Origin: the human T2T-CHM13v2.0 reference genome, Homo sapiens
Reading direction: 5' to 3' (one strand)
Assembly (NCBI RefSeq): GCF_009914755.1
Contig: NC_060942.1
Length of the DNA: 64,000 bases
How positions within the stretch are numbered: position 1 is the stretch's first letter; each line of letters begins with the position of its first letter. Below, in pieces: positions 29,140 to 43,640 of the stretch. A program made the position numbers and the translations under genes. The notes under the pieces were generated by a model. It ran no database searches. It was not told the origin of the DNA and saw only the letters and a program-made list of their open reading frames with translations.

Positions 29140-29400
29140 GGGCAGTAGGGCACAGTGGTTAAGAGCACACACTCTGGATTCAGACTCCTTGGGTTCAAAT
29201 CCCAACTCTACTCTTTAGTGGTTCTATAGGCTTGGTTAATACAACTAAGAGGTTAAGTCGGTTAATCTCTCTCTGCCTCAGTTCCCTGTTTTGAGAGAGT
29301 TAAACAAGTTAATATACTCCAAACTCTCGAAAAAGTGCCTGAGAAACAAGACATGTGATCTGAAGTGTTGGCAGCTGTTACGGTGTGAGGCTTTGCAGCA
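29140..29400 (+). mobile_element. MIR SINE
   Basis: cagtggttaagagcac...gggttcaaatccca...ctctctgcctcagttccc. Confidence 0.75.
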
Positions 29401-29583
29401 ATAAGAGTGTCCAGGTCCACATATATGTGTGTCCAATGACCTAGAATTGGAAGACTGGGTTTGAGGACTGGCACGGTGGAGGGCATTAGGTGGCCTTCCG
29501 TAAGTCTCCTTTCGTGCCAGCAGAGGGGAGGCTTGGAAGCATTTGTGTGGGGACATAAAGAGCCTGACGCCTGGCCTGCTGAT

Positions 29584-29651
29584 AGATAACCACAAAGGCG
29601 CTCCAAAGCAGACGAAGAGATAACCGCATAGGCGCTCCAAAGCAGACGAAG
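29584..29651. repeat. 34-bp tandem duplication
   Basis: agataaccacaaaggcgctccaaagcagacgaag x2, 2 mismatches. Confidence 0.9.
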
Positions 29652-30322
29652 AAATGGCATGATTAGAGAGGGCTAGAGAGCATCGAGTTCATTTCATTTG
29701 GAGGCTTTGGCCTTTTTTTCTTCCTGCATAAAGATACCTTCCTCCAAATCACATACTATGAGGAGCCCAAATGGCACTGTGGCTGGACTGGCAGTTAGAA
29801 GACAAGGGTTCTATCCCTGACTCTCTTACTTATCTGTGGAATCCAGAACAAGTCACCAACTCACTGAGCTTGGTTTTCCCCTCCTAAAATGAAGAGTTTG
29901 GCCCTAACCTTCTAGAGTATCACTAATTTTGCCAGTCCTACTTCTCTCTCATTTACCTCCTCCTCTCTGTGTTTTTTAAAAATAATTGCCAGTATTTTTT
30001 GTGTGTGCCTTCATTCTGACGGCTTCCATGGGACATTAAGAATTTGCTCCCTAAAAGCCTCTTTCATAGGTGCTTGCATAAAGGAATTTACAAACTGACA
30101 CTAATTCAACATTTTATCCAACTGCATAAAGTCCAGACCTACTTTTAAGAGTCATTTTGCAATTTCAGTGGAGATGAGATTCCAAGGGATACTGATTATT
30201 TACTCATAGTCCAGAAAACAGTGTTCGATTCACAATTTTTCAGGCAGCCTTCCATTATATACGATCTGGGCAGGTATCATTTTCAAAGTTCCCACAGCTC
30301 ATATTTGTCTTTATTTTGTTAC

Positions 30323-30382
30323 CTGGTCCATCGGATTTCTTTTTGATTGGTTCATCCTCCCGGTCTTCCCATTCCACAGGAC
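30323..30382 (-). CDS. PIEZO2: PIEZO2 exon (60 nt): GPVEWEDREDEPIKKKSDGP
   Basis: tggcag|GTCCTG ... GACCAG|gtaaca; phase 1-1. Confidence 0.93.
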
Positions 30383-30589
30383 CTGCCAAGTGTGTTCAAT
30401 AAAGATGAGTTAAATTCCATCTAGGGTAAATTAAATGCCAATGTTACTCTTCTAGATTAAAAGGAATTTTGTAATTAACTCTAGGACATTCTATTTCAAG
30501 AGTTCCTTGGGGAAAGGTTGTTAGAATTCATAGCTCTTAGATTATTTTACTCCATGCCAGCATAAAAATTATGTAAATCAAGGATGTGT

Positions 30590-31104
30590 AAACTACATTC
30601 GCTGGTGGGTACCGGCCAGTACTCGTGGGCTGACTGTTGCCAAATGGCCTGTGAGTTCAGAATGGCTTTTATATTTCTAATAGTTGAAAAATCTAAAGGA
30701 GAATAGTATTTGGTGCATGTGAAAATTATGTGAAATTAACAGTCATGCCCATTTGTCTGTATATTATCTATAGCTGCTTTTGCCCTATAATGGCAGATTT
30801 GAGTTGCAACAGAGACTTCATGAATAGTAAACCTTAAAATATTTACTATCAATGCTGGGTGCAGTGGCTCATGCCTGTAGTCCCAGCACTTTGGGAGGTT
30901 GAGGAGAGAGGATAGCTTGAGCCCAGGAGTTTGAGACCAGCCTGGGCAACATATAGAAAATCAAAATATTAGCTGGGTGTGGTGGTGCGCACCTGTAGTC
31001 CCAGCTATTTGGGAGGCTGAGGGTGGGAGGATTGCTTGAACCTGGGAGCCGTGATTGTGCCACTGCGCTCCAGCCTGGGCAAAAGAGTGAGACCTTGTCT
31101 AAAA

Positions 31105-31147
<43 letters not shown>

Positions 31148-31180
31148 ATTTGCTATGAGGTTCTTTATAGAAAATGGTTG
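30590..31180 (+). mobile_element. MER58-like hAT element interrupted by an Alu
   Basis: MER58 motifs (tatagctgcttttgccctataatggcaga...aaaatatttactatc) resume after the Alu. Confidence 0.6.
30854..31148 (+). mobile_element. AluJ-type SINE with (TAAA)n tail
   Basis: Alu consensus. Confidence 0.92.
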
Positions 31181-31334
31181 TCATATCTTAAAATGACATT
31201 ATAGGATTTCATTTCATTTCATAGCCTCTTATTTAAGGCTAAAAAGGTCAGATCTAGCAAATGAAAGTGCAAGATAACCAGTTAAATTTGAATGTAAGAT
31301 AAACAAGAAATTTTAAATTTAAGAACATTTAAAA

Positions 31335-31900
31335 ATATATTTAGGAGAGATAAGTGCAGATTCCTTACAAGCACATATTGTGTCATGGTAAAGTCTGGGA
31401 TTCTGGTGTACTCATCACCAAATGGCAAACATTGTACCCAACAGGTAATTTTTCAACCCTCAATCCCCCTGTCCCCAACTCTCCCGCATTTGATAATCTC
31501 CAGTGTCTATGACTGCCCTCCGTATGCCCATGTGCACCCATTGCTTAGCTCCCACTGATAAGTGAGAACATGAGATATTTGACTTTCTGCATTCAGTTAG
31601 GATAATGGCCTCCAGTTCCATCCATGTTGCTGCAGAAGACATGATTTCATTCATTTTTATGGCACAGTAGTATTCCATGACATATACATATATATCATTT
31701 TATTTATCCAGTCCTCCGTTCATCAACGGACACTTAGGTTGATTACATATTTATGCTATTGTGAATAGTGCTACAATAAACATGTGAGTGCAGGTACCTT
31801 TTTAATATAATGATTTTCTTCCCTTTGAATATATATGTAGTAGTGGGACTGCTGGATTGAAGGGTAGTTCTATGTTTAGTTCTTTAAGAAATCTTCATTT
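31335..31900 (-). mobile_element. L1PB/L1MA-type 3' end
   Basis: ORF MEYYCAIKMNEIMSSAATWMELE is the L1 3' signature. Confidence 0.85.
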
Positions 31901-32319
31901 TTTTTGAGGTTTTAATTTTATTTATTTGGGTACCAGTGATTGATTCCAAATAAACCTTTTTACAAAAAGGATATAAGGTGGTTTAGGGTTACATATGAAA
32001 TATAGAAGGATAACAGGTAGATGAGAAAGTAAAATGAAAAAATCAGGTTAGGAGACACAAAATAGACCCAGGGATGAGGCTAGAACATTTATAATTTGGT
32101 GTTGATGCTGTCATCTGATAGAGGATGTTGTCATACTGTTGCTCTGAGGAAGTACATCTTGAGAATTTTCAAATAATGACGTGAAGTTTGAGGTAGGTAT
32201 CTTAAATCTTCATATTTTTAAAGTATAAGTATGTTCCATGAAATATGTCCAGATTATACTTAAGCTAAACATTATTTGTTATGTTAAAAACTCAAACTGG
32301 GCTTCATATATAGAGAGAG

Positions 32320-32865
<546 letters not shown>

Positions 32866-33995
32866 CAGTTTCCTGCATTTTATCTGGTTACCCTATCTAA
32901 GGTTATTCATGATCTGACTCCAAGAATCTTCTCAAACTTATTTTCTGCCATCCTCTTTACTACTGCTGCTCCACATCCGGTCTTGACCAGCTAAGCTGAC
33001 CTGCTCTTTATTTTTTATGCATGGGCTTGCTTTCTTCTGCTAGAATGTCAGGCTGTGTACAAATACTCCCTTCTTCATGGAGCATTCCCTGAAGACATAC
33101 TTGGCTACAAGAAATCCTTTCTCCCTCAGGTCCCACATTAATTTATCTCTACTTTTTAAAATGGAACTTTGCAGTTTTGATATCATTAGGAATTTTTTCC
33201 CTATACTTATCTTGCCTACCAGTTACAATGAAAGGCTTTAGAACAAAGAAGTCTAGTAGGAATTTCAGACCCACTACTCACTGAATGGCTGTGTGACCTC
33301 CGGCAAGTTGCTTCATTCTCTGGGACCTTATTTGCTCCTCTGTAGAGCAGGGATAATAAAATGACCCTGTGCTGTTGCAAGGATCGAGTTAGTTACTACA
33401 GTATACATAAGGCACATATGACAACAGCTGGCACTTCAGAAGAATGGGATCCATGTGCTTCATCTATCTGGAAGACATGACGCCTCGTACCAAGAAAGTG
33501 CTGAGTAAAGATTCATTAAAAGAGTATCTTTAAGTTATTGCTGTCTTTGATTGGTAGGTTAAGAGTGCTGCCTGTGCACAATAAATAATCTTTATGACAC
33601 AGAGCAAGGAGCTATTTTCAAGATGACCAAAGAACAAATTTTTGTTCTGATCCAAACATTCCGGAAGGACAAATGTCTGAGAACAGCAAACACAATTCTG
33701 AAAAAAAAAGGTAGTGAGAGGAGTTTGCCTCACTAAAAATTAAAACGAACTCTATAGTTACTAGACTCAACAGTATGTGGCATTGACTCAAAGCGAGACA
33801 ATACAAGGGAAGATCAAAATACAGAGTCTGAAAACACACCCGAGAAGAAAGAGAGCCTAACACTGACAAATGAGGCATTTAAATCCAGTAGGAAAAGGAT
33901 GAATCATCTTAATAAACTGGAATAACGTAATTGTCTATCCATCTAAAAGTGAACAAATTAGATCTCCACTTCATAGAATAAAAATTTAAGACGTA

Positions 33996-34287
33996 GCCAG
34001 GTGCGGTGGCTCATGCCTGTAATCCCAGCATTTTGGGAGACCGAGGTGGGAGGATCACAAGATCAGGAGATCTAGACCATCCTGGCCAACATGGTGAAAC
34101 CCGGTCTCTACGAAAATACAAAAAATTAGCCAAGTGTGGTGGTATGTGCCTGTAATCCGAGCTACTCAGGAGGCTGAGGCAGAATTGCTTGAACTCGGGA
34201 GACGGAGGTTGCAATGAGCTGATTTTGTGCAACTTCACTCAAGCCTGGCAACAGAGCAAGACTCCATCTCAAAAAAAAAAAAAAAAA
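33996..34287 (+). mobile_element. AluS-type SINE
   Basis: Alu consensus, poly(A), TSD-like aaaat(t)taagaygta. Confidence 0.93.
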
Positions 34288-34298
34288 TTAAGATGTAA

Positions 34299-34649
<351 letters not shown>

Positions 34650-35025
34650 AAGAGACTTTCTTAAAAGCAAGATGGAAACCTGGAAACTGCAAGGGGAAAT
34701 TTAGACCCATTTGACACAAGAAAAAAAATAAAAATTGCTTAGACCACATATACCATAACTAAATCAAAATATAAGTCTTGGGTTGGAAAAAATATCTGAA
34801 ACATACAAAAAAGGGATAATCTCAAATTGCACTGAAATTGGCACACTGGTCTAAAGTTTATGGAAGAAGTCTGAGCTAACGTATTTAAAACCACGAGAGT
34901 GGATGAGAACACCTAGCGGGTGAACATAAATGAAGAAGTTTCCATAGACAAGTCCTGGAATATTACAGTGTTAAGAGGTCAGGAAGGTAAGAATGACCAG
35001 CAAGGCATGAGAACTGGAGAACTAA

Positions 35026-35403
<378 letters not shown>

Positions 35404-36333
35404 TAACTGTATTGGGTGCTGATCAATATGAAGGTCATTGCTGGTCATTGGTGACCTTGATCAGATCAATTTGGATGGAGAGCTGGGAATAAAAGGCTAA
35501 TTGGAGTGGATTTAAGAGAGAACGGGAAAGAAGGAACTGGAGACTGGGTATAGATGACTCGAGGTATGTGCTGCAATAGGAGCAGATGGAGGGAGATGTA
35601 GTGGGGCTGTAGCTGGAGGAGGGTGGGTACTAGTGAGGGTTTTGTTTTGTTTTTTAAGATGGAGAAATAACAGCATGTGTTTATGCTGATGGAAAGACTC
35701 CAGTAGAGAGGAAGAGATTGATGATGTAGGAGAGAGGAGAAATGCTGGAAGGGAGTTGCTGACCAGACAAGGGAGCTCGGCAGCTGGAGCCTCTCCAGGC
35801 AGTCTCTGGGGGGAGACGGGATTGGACTGAGTCCTGGAACAGAGTTGGGGTGAGCGCCCTGTCACTGGCCTTGGATGACCACTCGAAAGATCCCTCAGAT
35901 AGGGGACAAGGCAGAGATTGGCTTGGATTTGCTGAAGCTTCCCTCTGCTCCCCAAAAGCAGATTCCAATTTGGATTTCAACAGATGGCTCAGAGGAGAGA
36001 GGGTATTCTGGGGGGTACTGGCATAAGCATGGGGCCCTCAGACATTCAAATTGACTGAGGAAAAATGGGCAAGAGGATGTGGGTAAAGCCAGGTGGGTGG
36101 GCAGGGGTGGCACTGAGAAGATGCCATAGGCAGAAGGCAGCCCCTGAGGCCTTCTCACCTACCTAATCAGCCCAGGCAGCTGTGGCTGCACTGTACCACC
36201 TCCCAGATTAAGTGAGTGCTGAGCACAGAGATTAGAATCATGAATAAGGGGCTCAGTCCTTGCCTTCAGGAGCTCAGGCTTAGAGGATTCCAGTAACCAC
36301 CATCTAGGTGGGTGTTTAAAACTCTTGCTTTCC

Positions 36334-36502
36334 GCTGGACATGGTGGCTCATGCGTTTAATTCCAGCACTTTGGGAGGCTGAGGTGGGAGGATCACTTGA
36401 GGCCAGGAGTTGGAGGCTGCAATGAGCTATGATCATTGCACTGCACTCCACCTTGGGTGACAGAGCAAGACCCTGTCTCAAAAAACAAAAACGAAAACAA
36501 AA
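36334..36502 (+). mobile_element. Alu monomer (FRAM/FLAM-like)
   Basis: Single Alu arm with A-rich tail. Confidence 0.8.
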
Positions 36503-37581
36503 GTGCTTTCTCCTGGCCCAGCATACTTGGGTGAAGTCTGCTGGAGGCAATGCATGCTGCAGCCAATCAGACCCCTGGTAGCAGAGCCTGGGCCCACCAA
36601 AGGCAATGCGGAGTACAGGGCCTGCTGGTCCTCTGGTCACACCCACTCATGCTGGTCTCCACATACCCTTCTGTGTCCCCAGAAGTCGACAGTGTGGGGA
36701 GTTGGAGTGACCCAGCTGGATGTGACCCCCAAGACAGAATGGTGCTGGACTCGGGGTCTCAGGCGTATGATCAGGCACCCACCAGCCCACCTACCAGTCT
36801 GCTGTCCCTGCGTCATAGGCTGAAGCACTCAGACCGAGATGGGCCACCACTGTACCCCTGGTCTCAGTCCCTGGCCTTGCCCGTGGCTCTGGCAGTCCCC
36901 CCAGCACTGCAGCCCCAGCCTGAGCAGCAGTCGTTCTCACAGATGCACCTGGGCCACGGCGGCCACATGCGTCGCAGTGAGAGCACCTACTCTGTAAATA
37001 GTACTGGCCGGCGGGGGCGTGGCACCCTGGGACAGCCTCCACCTGGACGGCGATGGAACCCAGGTGGGCGCACCCTGCGGCCTGCAGCCTCCCTGCCTCA
37101 CATTACTAAGACTCAAAGCGATGCAGGCCATAGTGCCAGCAAGAGCCCCTGCATGTTGGTGGCCCTGCGGCCAACCAACGTGGACCGTGAGGGAGACAAG
37201 TTCTTTCAGTCGCATTACACCTACAATCCACAGTTCGAGTACCAGGAGCCCATGCCTATGGCTGTGCTGAAGTACTGCGAGGCCTCTGGACAGTTCATCC
37301 ATCAGGCAGTTGGCATCATTGAGGCTGTTCTGGAGAAGTTTGGAACCTACGAACACTTTGAGGCTGCCACCGGCAGGCAGCTGCTCACCAAGTGCCAGAT
37401 ATGGTCCATTGTGGGTAAATACAGCAGAAGGAGGGCTGCGTCGAAGAGGTTGTGGTGCAGCTGAGTGAAGACCTGCTGTCCCAGGCGGTGATGATGGTGG
37501 AGAACAGCCGGCCCACATTGGCGGTCAACCTGACCAGAGCCCGCCAGTACTGGTTGGAGGGCATGCTGTGGCATGAAATAG

Positions 37582-38487
37582 GTCAGGGTGTGGGTATCCG
37601 GGTGGATGGGTAGGCATGAAAGGGGCCTGGGAGCTGGGAGTCGTGGGAAGGAGGGGCCCCACTAACTCCCCCTTTTGTTTCTCCCCTGTCCCTCCTGAGG
37701 TCGGGGCTTTCCCTTCCTGAGCAGCCGCCTCCGCCCTCTGGCTCACAGAGGTAGGCCAGAACATGCCTGCCCACGCTCTGGGCTCGCCTTCATCTCTTGG
37801 TCCTTTCGGGTATATTTTTCTCTCTCCACTTCCTCTCCGACTTCTCTCCACAGTGGCGGCAGGGCTGGTGAGGCCCTGACAGGCCAGAGGGAGAACGCTC
37901 AGGGTCCCACCAGGCCAACCACCACGCGGGCCCTCCAGGGTGGATGGAAGGCCAGATCCTGGGAATGGACTTGGCTTGAGGACACACGGCGCCTGGTTTA
38001 GGAGGCGACTGGCCAGGCTGGGCAGGAGGGTGCAGGGCACTAACCACTATTTCTATCTGTCTGTCCCTCTTCATCGAGAATCCTGTTGCTCTGGGCAAGA
38101 GGTGGTTTTTACCGAAGGCATCAGCGTGACTGTTCAGAATAATATGGGCACCCAGGATGTTGGGCAGGGTGGTATATGTATTCTTGTGTCCAGGAGGGCT
38201 GGGGGCAATGTCAGTTCGGGAGAGTTCGTGCACGTGTGTGGGTGCGTGGGTGTAGGGTGGTGGGGGGATGGGTGGGAGAGGATTCATATATGTGAGCAAC
38301 TGTGGATCCTTGGGTGCGAGTCCACCGGAGGAGGGGCTTCACGCTGCCTGGGGCTGGAAGAGCTTGTGTGCGAGCCTGTGTTCGGGAGCATGAGAATGGA
38401 AGCGTCGCGGCCAGAGCCCCGGCCAGGTGGAGCAGGTGGGTCCCCGAACGCCCCGCCCAGCGCTGCCTCCCTTCGCCTTCCCCGCAG
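37582..38487 (+). other. Retained parental intron within the retrocopy (906 nt)
   Basis: CATGAAATAG|gtcagg ... cttcgccttccccgcag|GCACCCACTAC; removing it restores H-E-I-G-T-H-Y. Confidence 0.9.
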
Positions 38488-40795
38488 GCACCCACTACCT
38501 GCGGGGCGGTAACAACGCGCGCCAGCCGTGGCACAACGCGGAGGGCCGGCTGCGGTACGGGCTACGGCCGGCGAACCCCACGAGGAGGGCCTGGCCACCC
38601 TGCACAGCGTGCTGCTCCGCAAGCAGCCGTTCCTGTGGCGCGCTGCGCTGCTCTGCTCTGCTACACCAGCCGCCACGCTGTGCGTCTGTCCTTCCGCCAG
38701 CTCTTCCAGGACCTGGCGCGCTACGTGCGGGACGCCGACGTGCGCTGGGAGTACTGCGCGCGCGCCAAGCGCGGCCAGACAGACACCTCGCTGCCAAGTT
38801 AATTCAGCAAGGACCAGGTGTACCTGAACGGCATCCTGTGCATTCTGGGACATCGCCAGACCATCGATTTCCCGCTGCTGACCTCACTGGGCAAGGTGTC
38901 CTATGAGGATGTGGACCACCTGCGGCCCCATGGGGTGCTGGATAATACCCGGATGCCCCACCTTATGCAGGACTTGGCACGCTACCGGCAGCAGCTGAAG
39001 CACATCATGGCCACCAACCGGCTGGATGTGGCGGAGCTGGGTCGCCTGCTGCCCGACTGATGTAGGTTGAGGGCTGCAGACAGAGGCCCTGGACAGAAGC
39101 TCCAGATAGGCCCCCAGAACATGAAGCTGTTTGCTCTGTGCTTCCACGGTCTGGGTGTTTCTTGGGGGGTGTTGGGAGGGCAGGAGCATTCCTTGAGAAG
39201 GAGTGGCAACATCAAAGGGTTTGTGTCCCTTGCTAGCCTCCCTGGGGCCTGGGGATCTGCAGCAGCATGTCTGGCAAACTGAGTCGCCCTCCTGCCTCCA
39301 GCTCTGTGTTGAGCAGAGGGAAGGCATGGGGGCAGGAAGGGAGCTGAGCATTGATGGGGATGAGGGTGGTTTGGGAATAGAAACTTGTTCTTGCATAAGA
39401 TGGCTTTGGTTGTCCCGGTACTCCAGTCTCTCCCTTCCCTCACCTGTCCCCTTGGTGCTCCTTCAGCATTCGTGCTGTCTGCTTCTCACTGGGTCCTGGT
39501 GGGGGTCGGGATCCCTTCTCCTGGGGTGATTGATGGCCTGAGCTTGGGGTACTACCTGGGGTAGTAGAGACCCAGTTGGTCTGGGGTGTGCTTTCCAACA
39601 TTTTGCCTCTCTCACTGGTCATGTATTTATTCCATATTTATATGATCTACTTCCTGTGGCTGGGAGCAGCAGCTCCTGAAGGTTCCATGGCAGGGAACAA
39701 GACACTCCTTCTGGAAGGCACCGATTTTCCTAGCCCCACTCCCATTACACGCACACACACACACACACATACAGAGTGATTCAGGCCTTGTGAATCAAGC
39801 CCAAGAGCTCCCTTGGCCCTGTCCCCACTCCCTCCACTGGCCTCTGCTTTTCCTGTCTTTGCCCACACCCTCACAGCTGGTCTCTGGCACAGGCTGGCAT
39901 AGCCTAGGAGCAGCTGCAGTTGTCCCTGAGGGACAGGCCCTAGAGTTTGGTGGCCCAAGTCCTAAACCCCTCCTGGACCAGGTGAGGTGCAGAGCGCCTT
40001 TTGTGTAAGTTACTGGTCAGAATCCTCACTGAGCTCCCAGTCCAGAGGGAAGCCAGACAATTAAAACAGTAATAACAAAAAAAAAAAAGAAAAAAGAAAA
40101 AAAGGGATAAGAAGCCTGACATATAAATAGCATGAATTGATAAGAACAAACAACCCGACAGAACGATGCAGGAAAATGCTAAAAGTGTTTAAATCCTAGA
40201 CTTGAAAAGAAAAAATCGCCAACAAAATGTGAAATAAAAATGCTCAGTTTAATTAGTTAAGAATTCAACTACATTCAAATGAAAATAAAAGCCATTTGTC
40301 ATCCTTAGAAAGAAAAATGATAAAAACAGGAGTAAAATCCTGTGCGTGAGGCCAAAGGAAATTGGACACTCTTGTCCCTCACATGGAGGAGGGCAAAGTA
40401 CTAAAACCTTTCCGAAAAATATCTATTAAAGTAAAAACAGGCACACTCTAAATAAGTCATCCCACTTTTGCGAATCTGTTCTGTGGAAAATGCATGTTCT
40501 TCCTAACCTTTGCTAAGCATTTAAACACACTCATATATATTATGACGTATAAATGTTTGTGCAGTGATATCTATTATGGCACTGTTCATTGTGGCAAAAA
40601 TCCGGAAGCAACCTTATGTCCATTAAAGGTGAGAGGATTGAATAAATTATGCATATCTGCACTATGGAATATTTTGAAGCTATTAAAAAAGAATGATATG
40701 ATTTTATAAATACTTAATTGGAGAAATGTTCATGACATTGGTAATGAAAATGAAAGAGTAATTTGTAAAGCATGAACTTATTGAAAAAAAAAATA

Positions 40796-41272
<477 letters not shown>

Positions 41273-41403
41273 TTAATTTTGTCTTCTTAAAGCAATAAAG
41301 TAAGATAAAGTTACTAGGATGTATCGGGAGAAGAAAGGTCAAAAAGAAGAGACTTTGTAATTAGAGTTCCATTAGAAATTACCTTTTCCTTTTTATTTTT
41401 TAA

Positions 41404-41801
<398 letters not shown>

Positions 41802-42823
41802 TCATGCCACTTAATCTCCACTTTCTCAAGAAGTAACGACTGTTACTAATGAGTGAATATTCCTCCTGATCTTTCTCTTGCATTCATAAGTTATTATATG
41901 CACCCATTAAAAATGCAAAATACTGTCTTGAGGTACTACTCTGACTTCATTTGTTTCATGATTTCATAATGTGCGTGCCATTTGCAGTCTGTTGTTTTTC
42001 ACTTAATAATGTGTCAGGAATTGTTCTCCATACCAGCTCAAAGCTATCAATCTCATTTTGAAAGAACTGAATAACATTCCATAATATATTAGTAACATAA
42101 TGTATTTAACTCTTCTTCATATGGGCATTTAGGATGTTTCGAAATTTTTTGTTATTAACAAATAGCATCTGATGAATGCTCTTAGACATGTGTGTTTGTG
42201 CACATGTGCAAGTACTGCTATAGAATAAGCCAAACACCTAGGCGTGGGACTGATCTGTACTATGATATGTAACACTTGAGCTTTTAGCAGGTAATGACAC
42301 ACAACTCTTCAAAGTAGACCTACTACTTCACAATACAACTCATGGTATATGTAAGTACTTATCTTCCTACTAGCTCCCAAGCAGTGACATTATCCAATGT
42401 TTAGGTTCCTGTCAATCCAATGGGTTAAGAAAACAGTATGTCAGAATATTTCATTTGTATTTCTTGTATTATAGTGAGACTGAGCACCTTTTGGTCATTT
42501 TTGTTTTCTGGTCTGTGAATTGTTTTTTCACACGCTCTCATTGATTGAATTGAATTTTTCTTTTCTTGATTTCTAGCAGTTCTTAACATACACAGAATAC
42601 TCATCTTTAGTCTGATATATACAATAAAATATTGCTCCTGAGTGAATCACCTGCACTTCAACTTCGCTTTTGATTTTTTTATTATAGTTTGAAATATTTT
42701 TACCCTTAGAGATGTGTTTATATCATGTTTTCAAATATCTTGGTATAACGCTGAATATATGTTCCTTTTGTTTGCTTGTTTCTGAGTGTTGTTTAAGTGT
42801 GCTTTCCCTTTTTTCTTGATTAA

Positions 42824-43148
<325 letters not shown>

Positions 43149-43298
43149 TTAGCTTTTTCTAAGAACAATTTTTAACTTGATCAGGTCATGTCCTGTAGTA
43201 TTTCTTTTTTTTTATTACTTAATATCCATGTAAGAAATAAGTTTTCTTCTACTTTTTTTGGGTTTCATTTGCAACTCTCCTTTTTTCCTACTTAAAAG

Positions 43299-43300
<2 letters not shown>

Positions 43301-43336
<36 letters not shown>
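43301..43336. repeat. (TA)n microsatellite
   Basis: ~18 TA units. Confidence 0.95.
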
Positions 43337-43340
<4 letters not shown>

Positions 43341-43525
43341 CTAACTTTGTGCTTTAATTTATTCCAAGTGTCAGAAATGACCAATTAGGACAAATTAAAA
43401 CTGTTGGCATTCTTTAGAATTTAAAAATCTTAATCCCTCAGAAGTTTCTGTCCTTTGCAGACAAGGCTGGGGAGCACAGCCTGAAACCTGCCACACCCAC
43501 CACAGCCACCCCACCCACCACTCAC

Positions 43526-43640
43526 CCTCCTTGGATCCTTTCCGCCTTCGTTTCCGTTCTTCTCTTGCAGACCTTTTTTTCTCTTTGTGTCTTTGTCGGA
43601 GTGCTGTTTTAGGATCAGTAATCCAGGCTTGATAAACAAA
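43526..43640 (-). CDS. PIEZO2: PIEZO2 exon (115 nt): FVYQAWITDPKTALRQRHKEKKRSAREERKRRRKGSKE
   Basis: cttcag|TTTGTT ... GGAGG|gtgagt; phase 0 to 1. Confidence 0.95.

Noticed and set aside
36550-39060. A functional nested MATCAP-family gene
   Set aside because: Three frameshifts, a premature TAA, a poly(A) tail and a TSD mark it as a pseudogene.
37525-39443. Many overlapping 100-190 aa ORFs on both strands
   Set aside because: Expected from GC-rich, stop-poor pseudogene sequence; no independent protein features.
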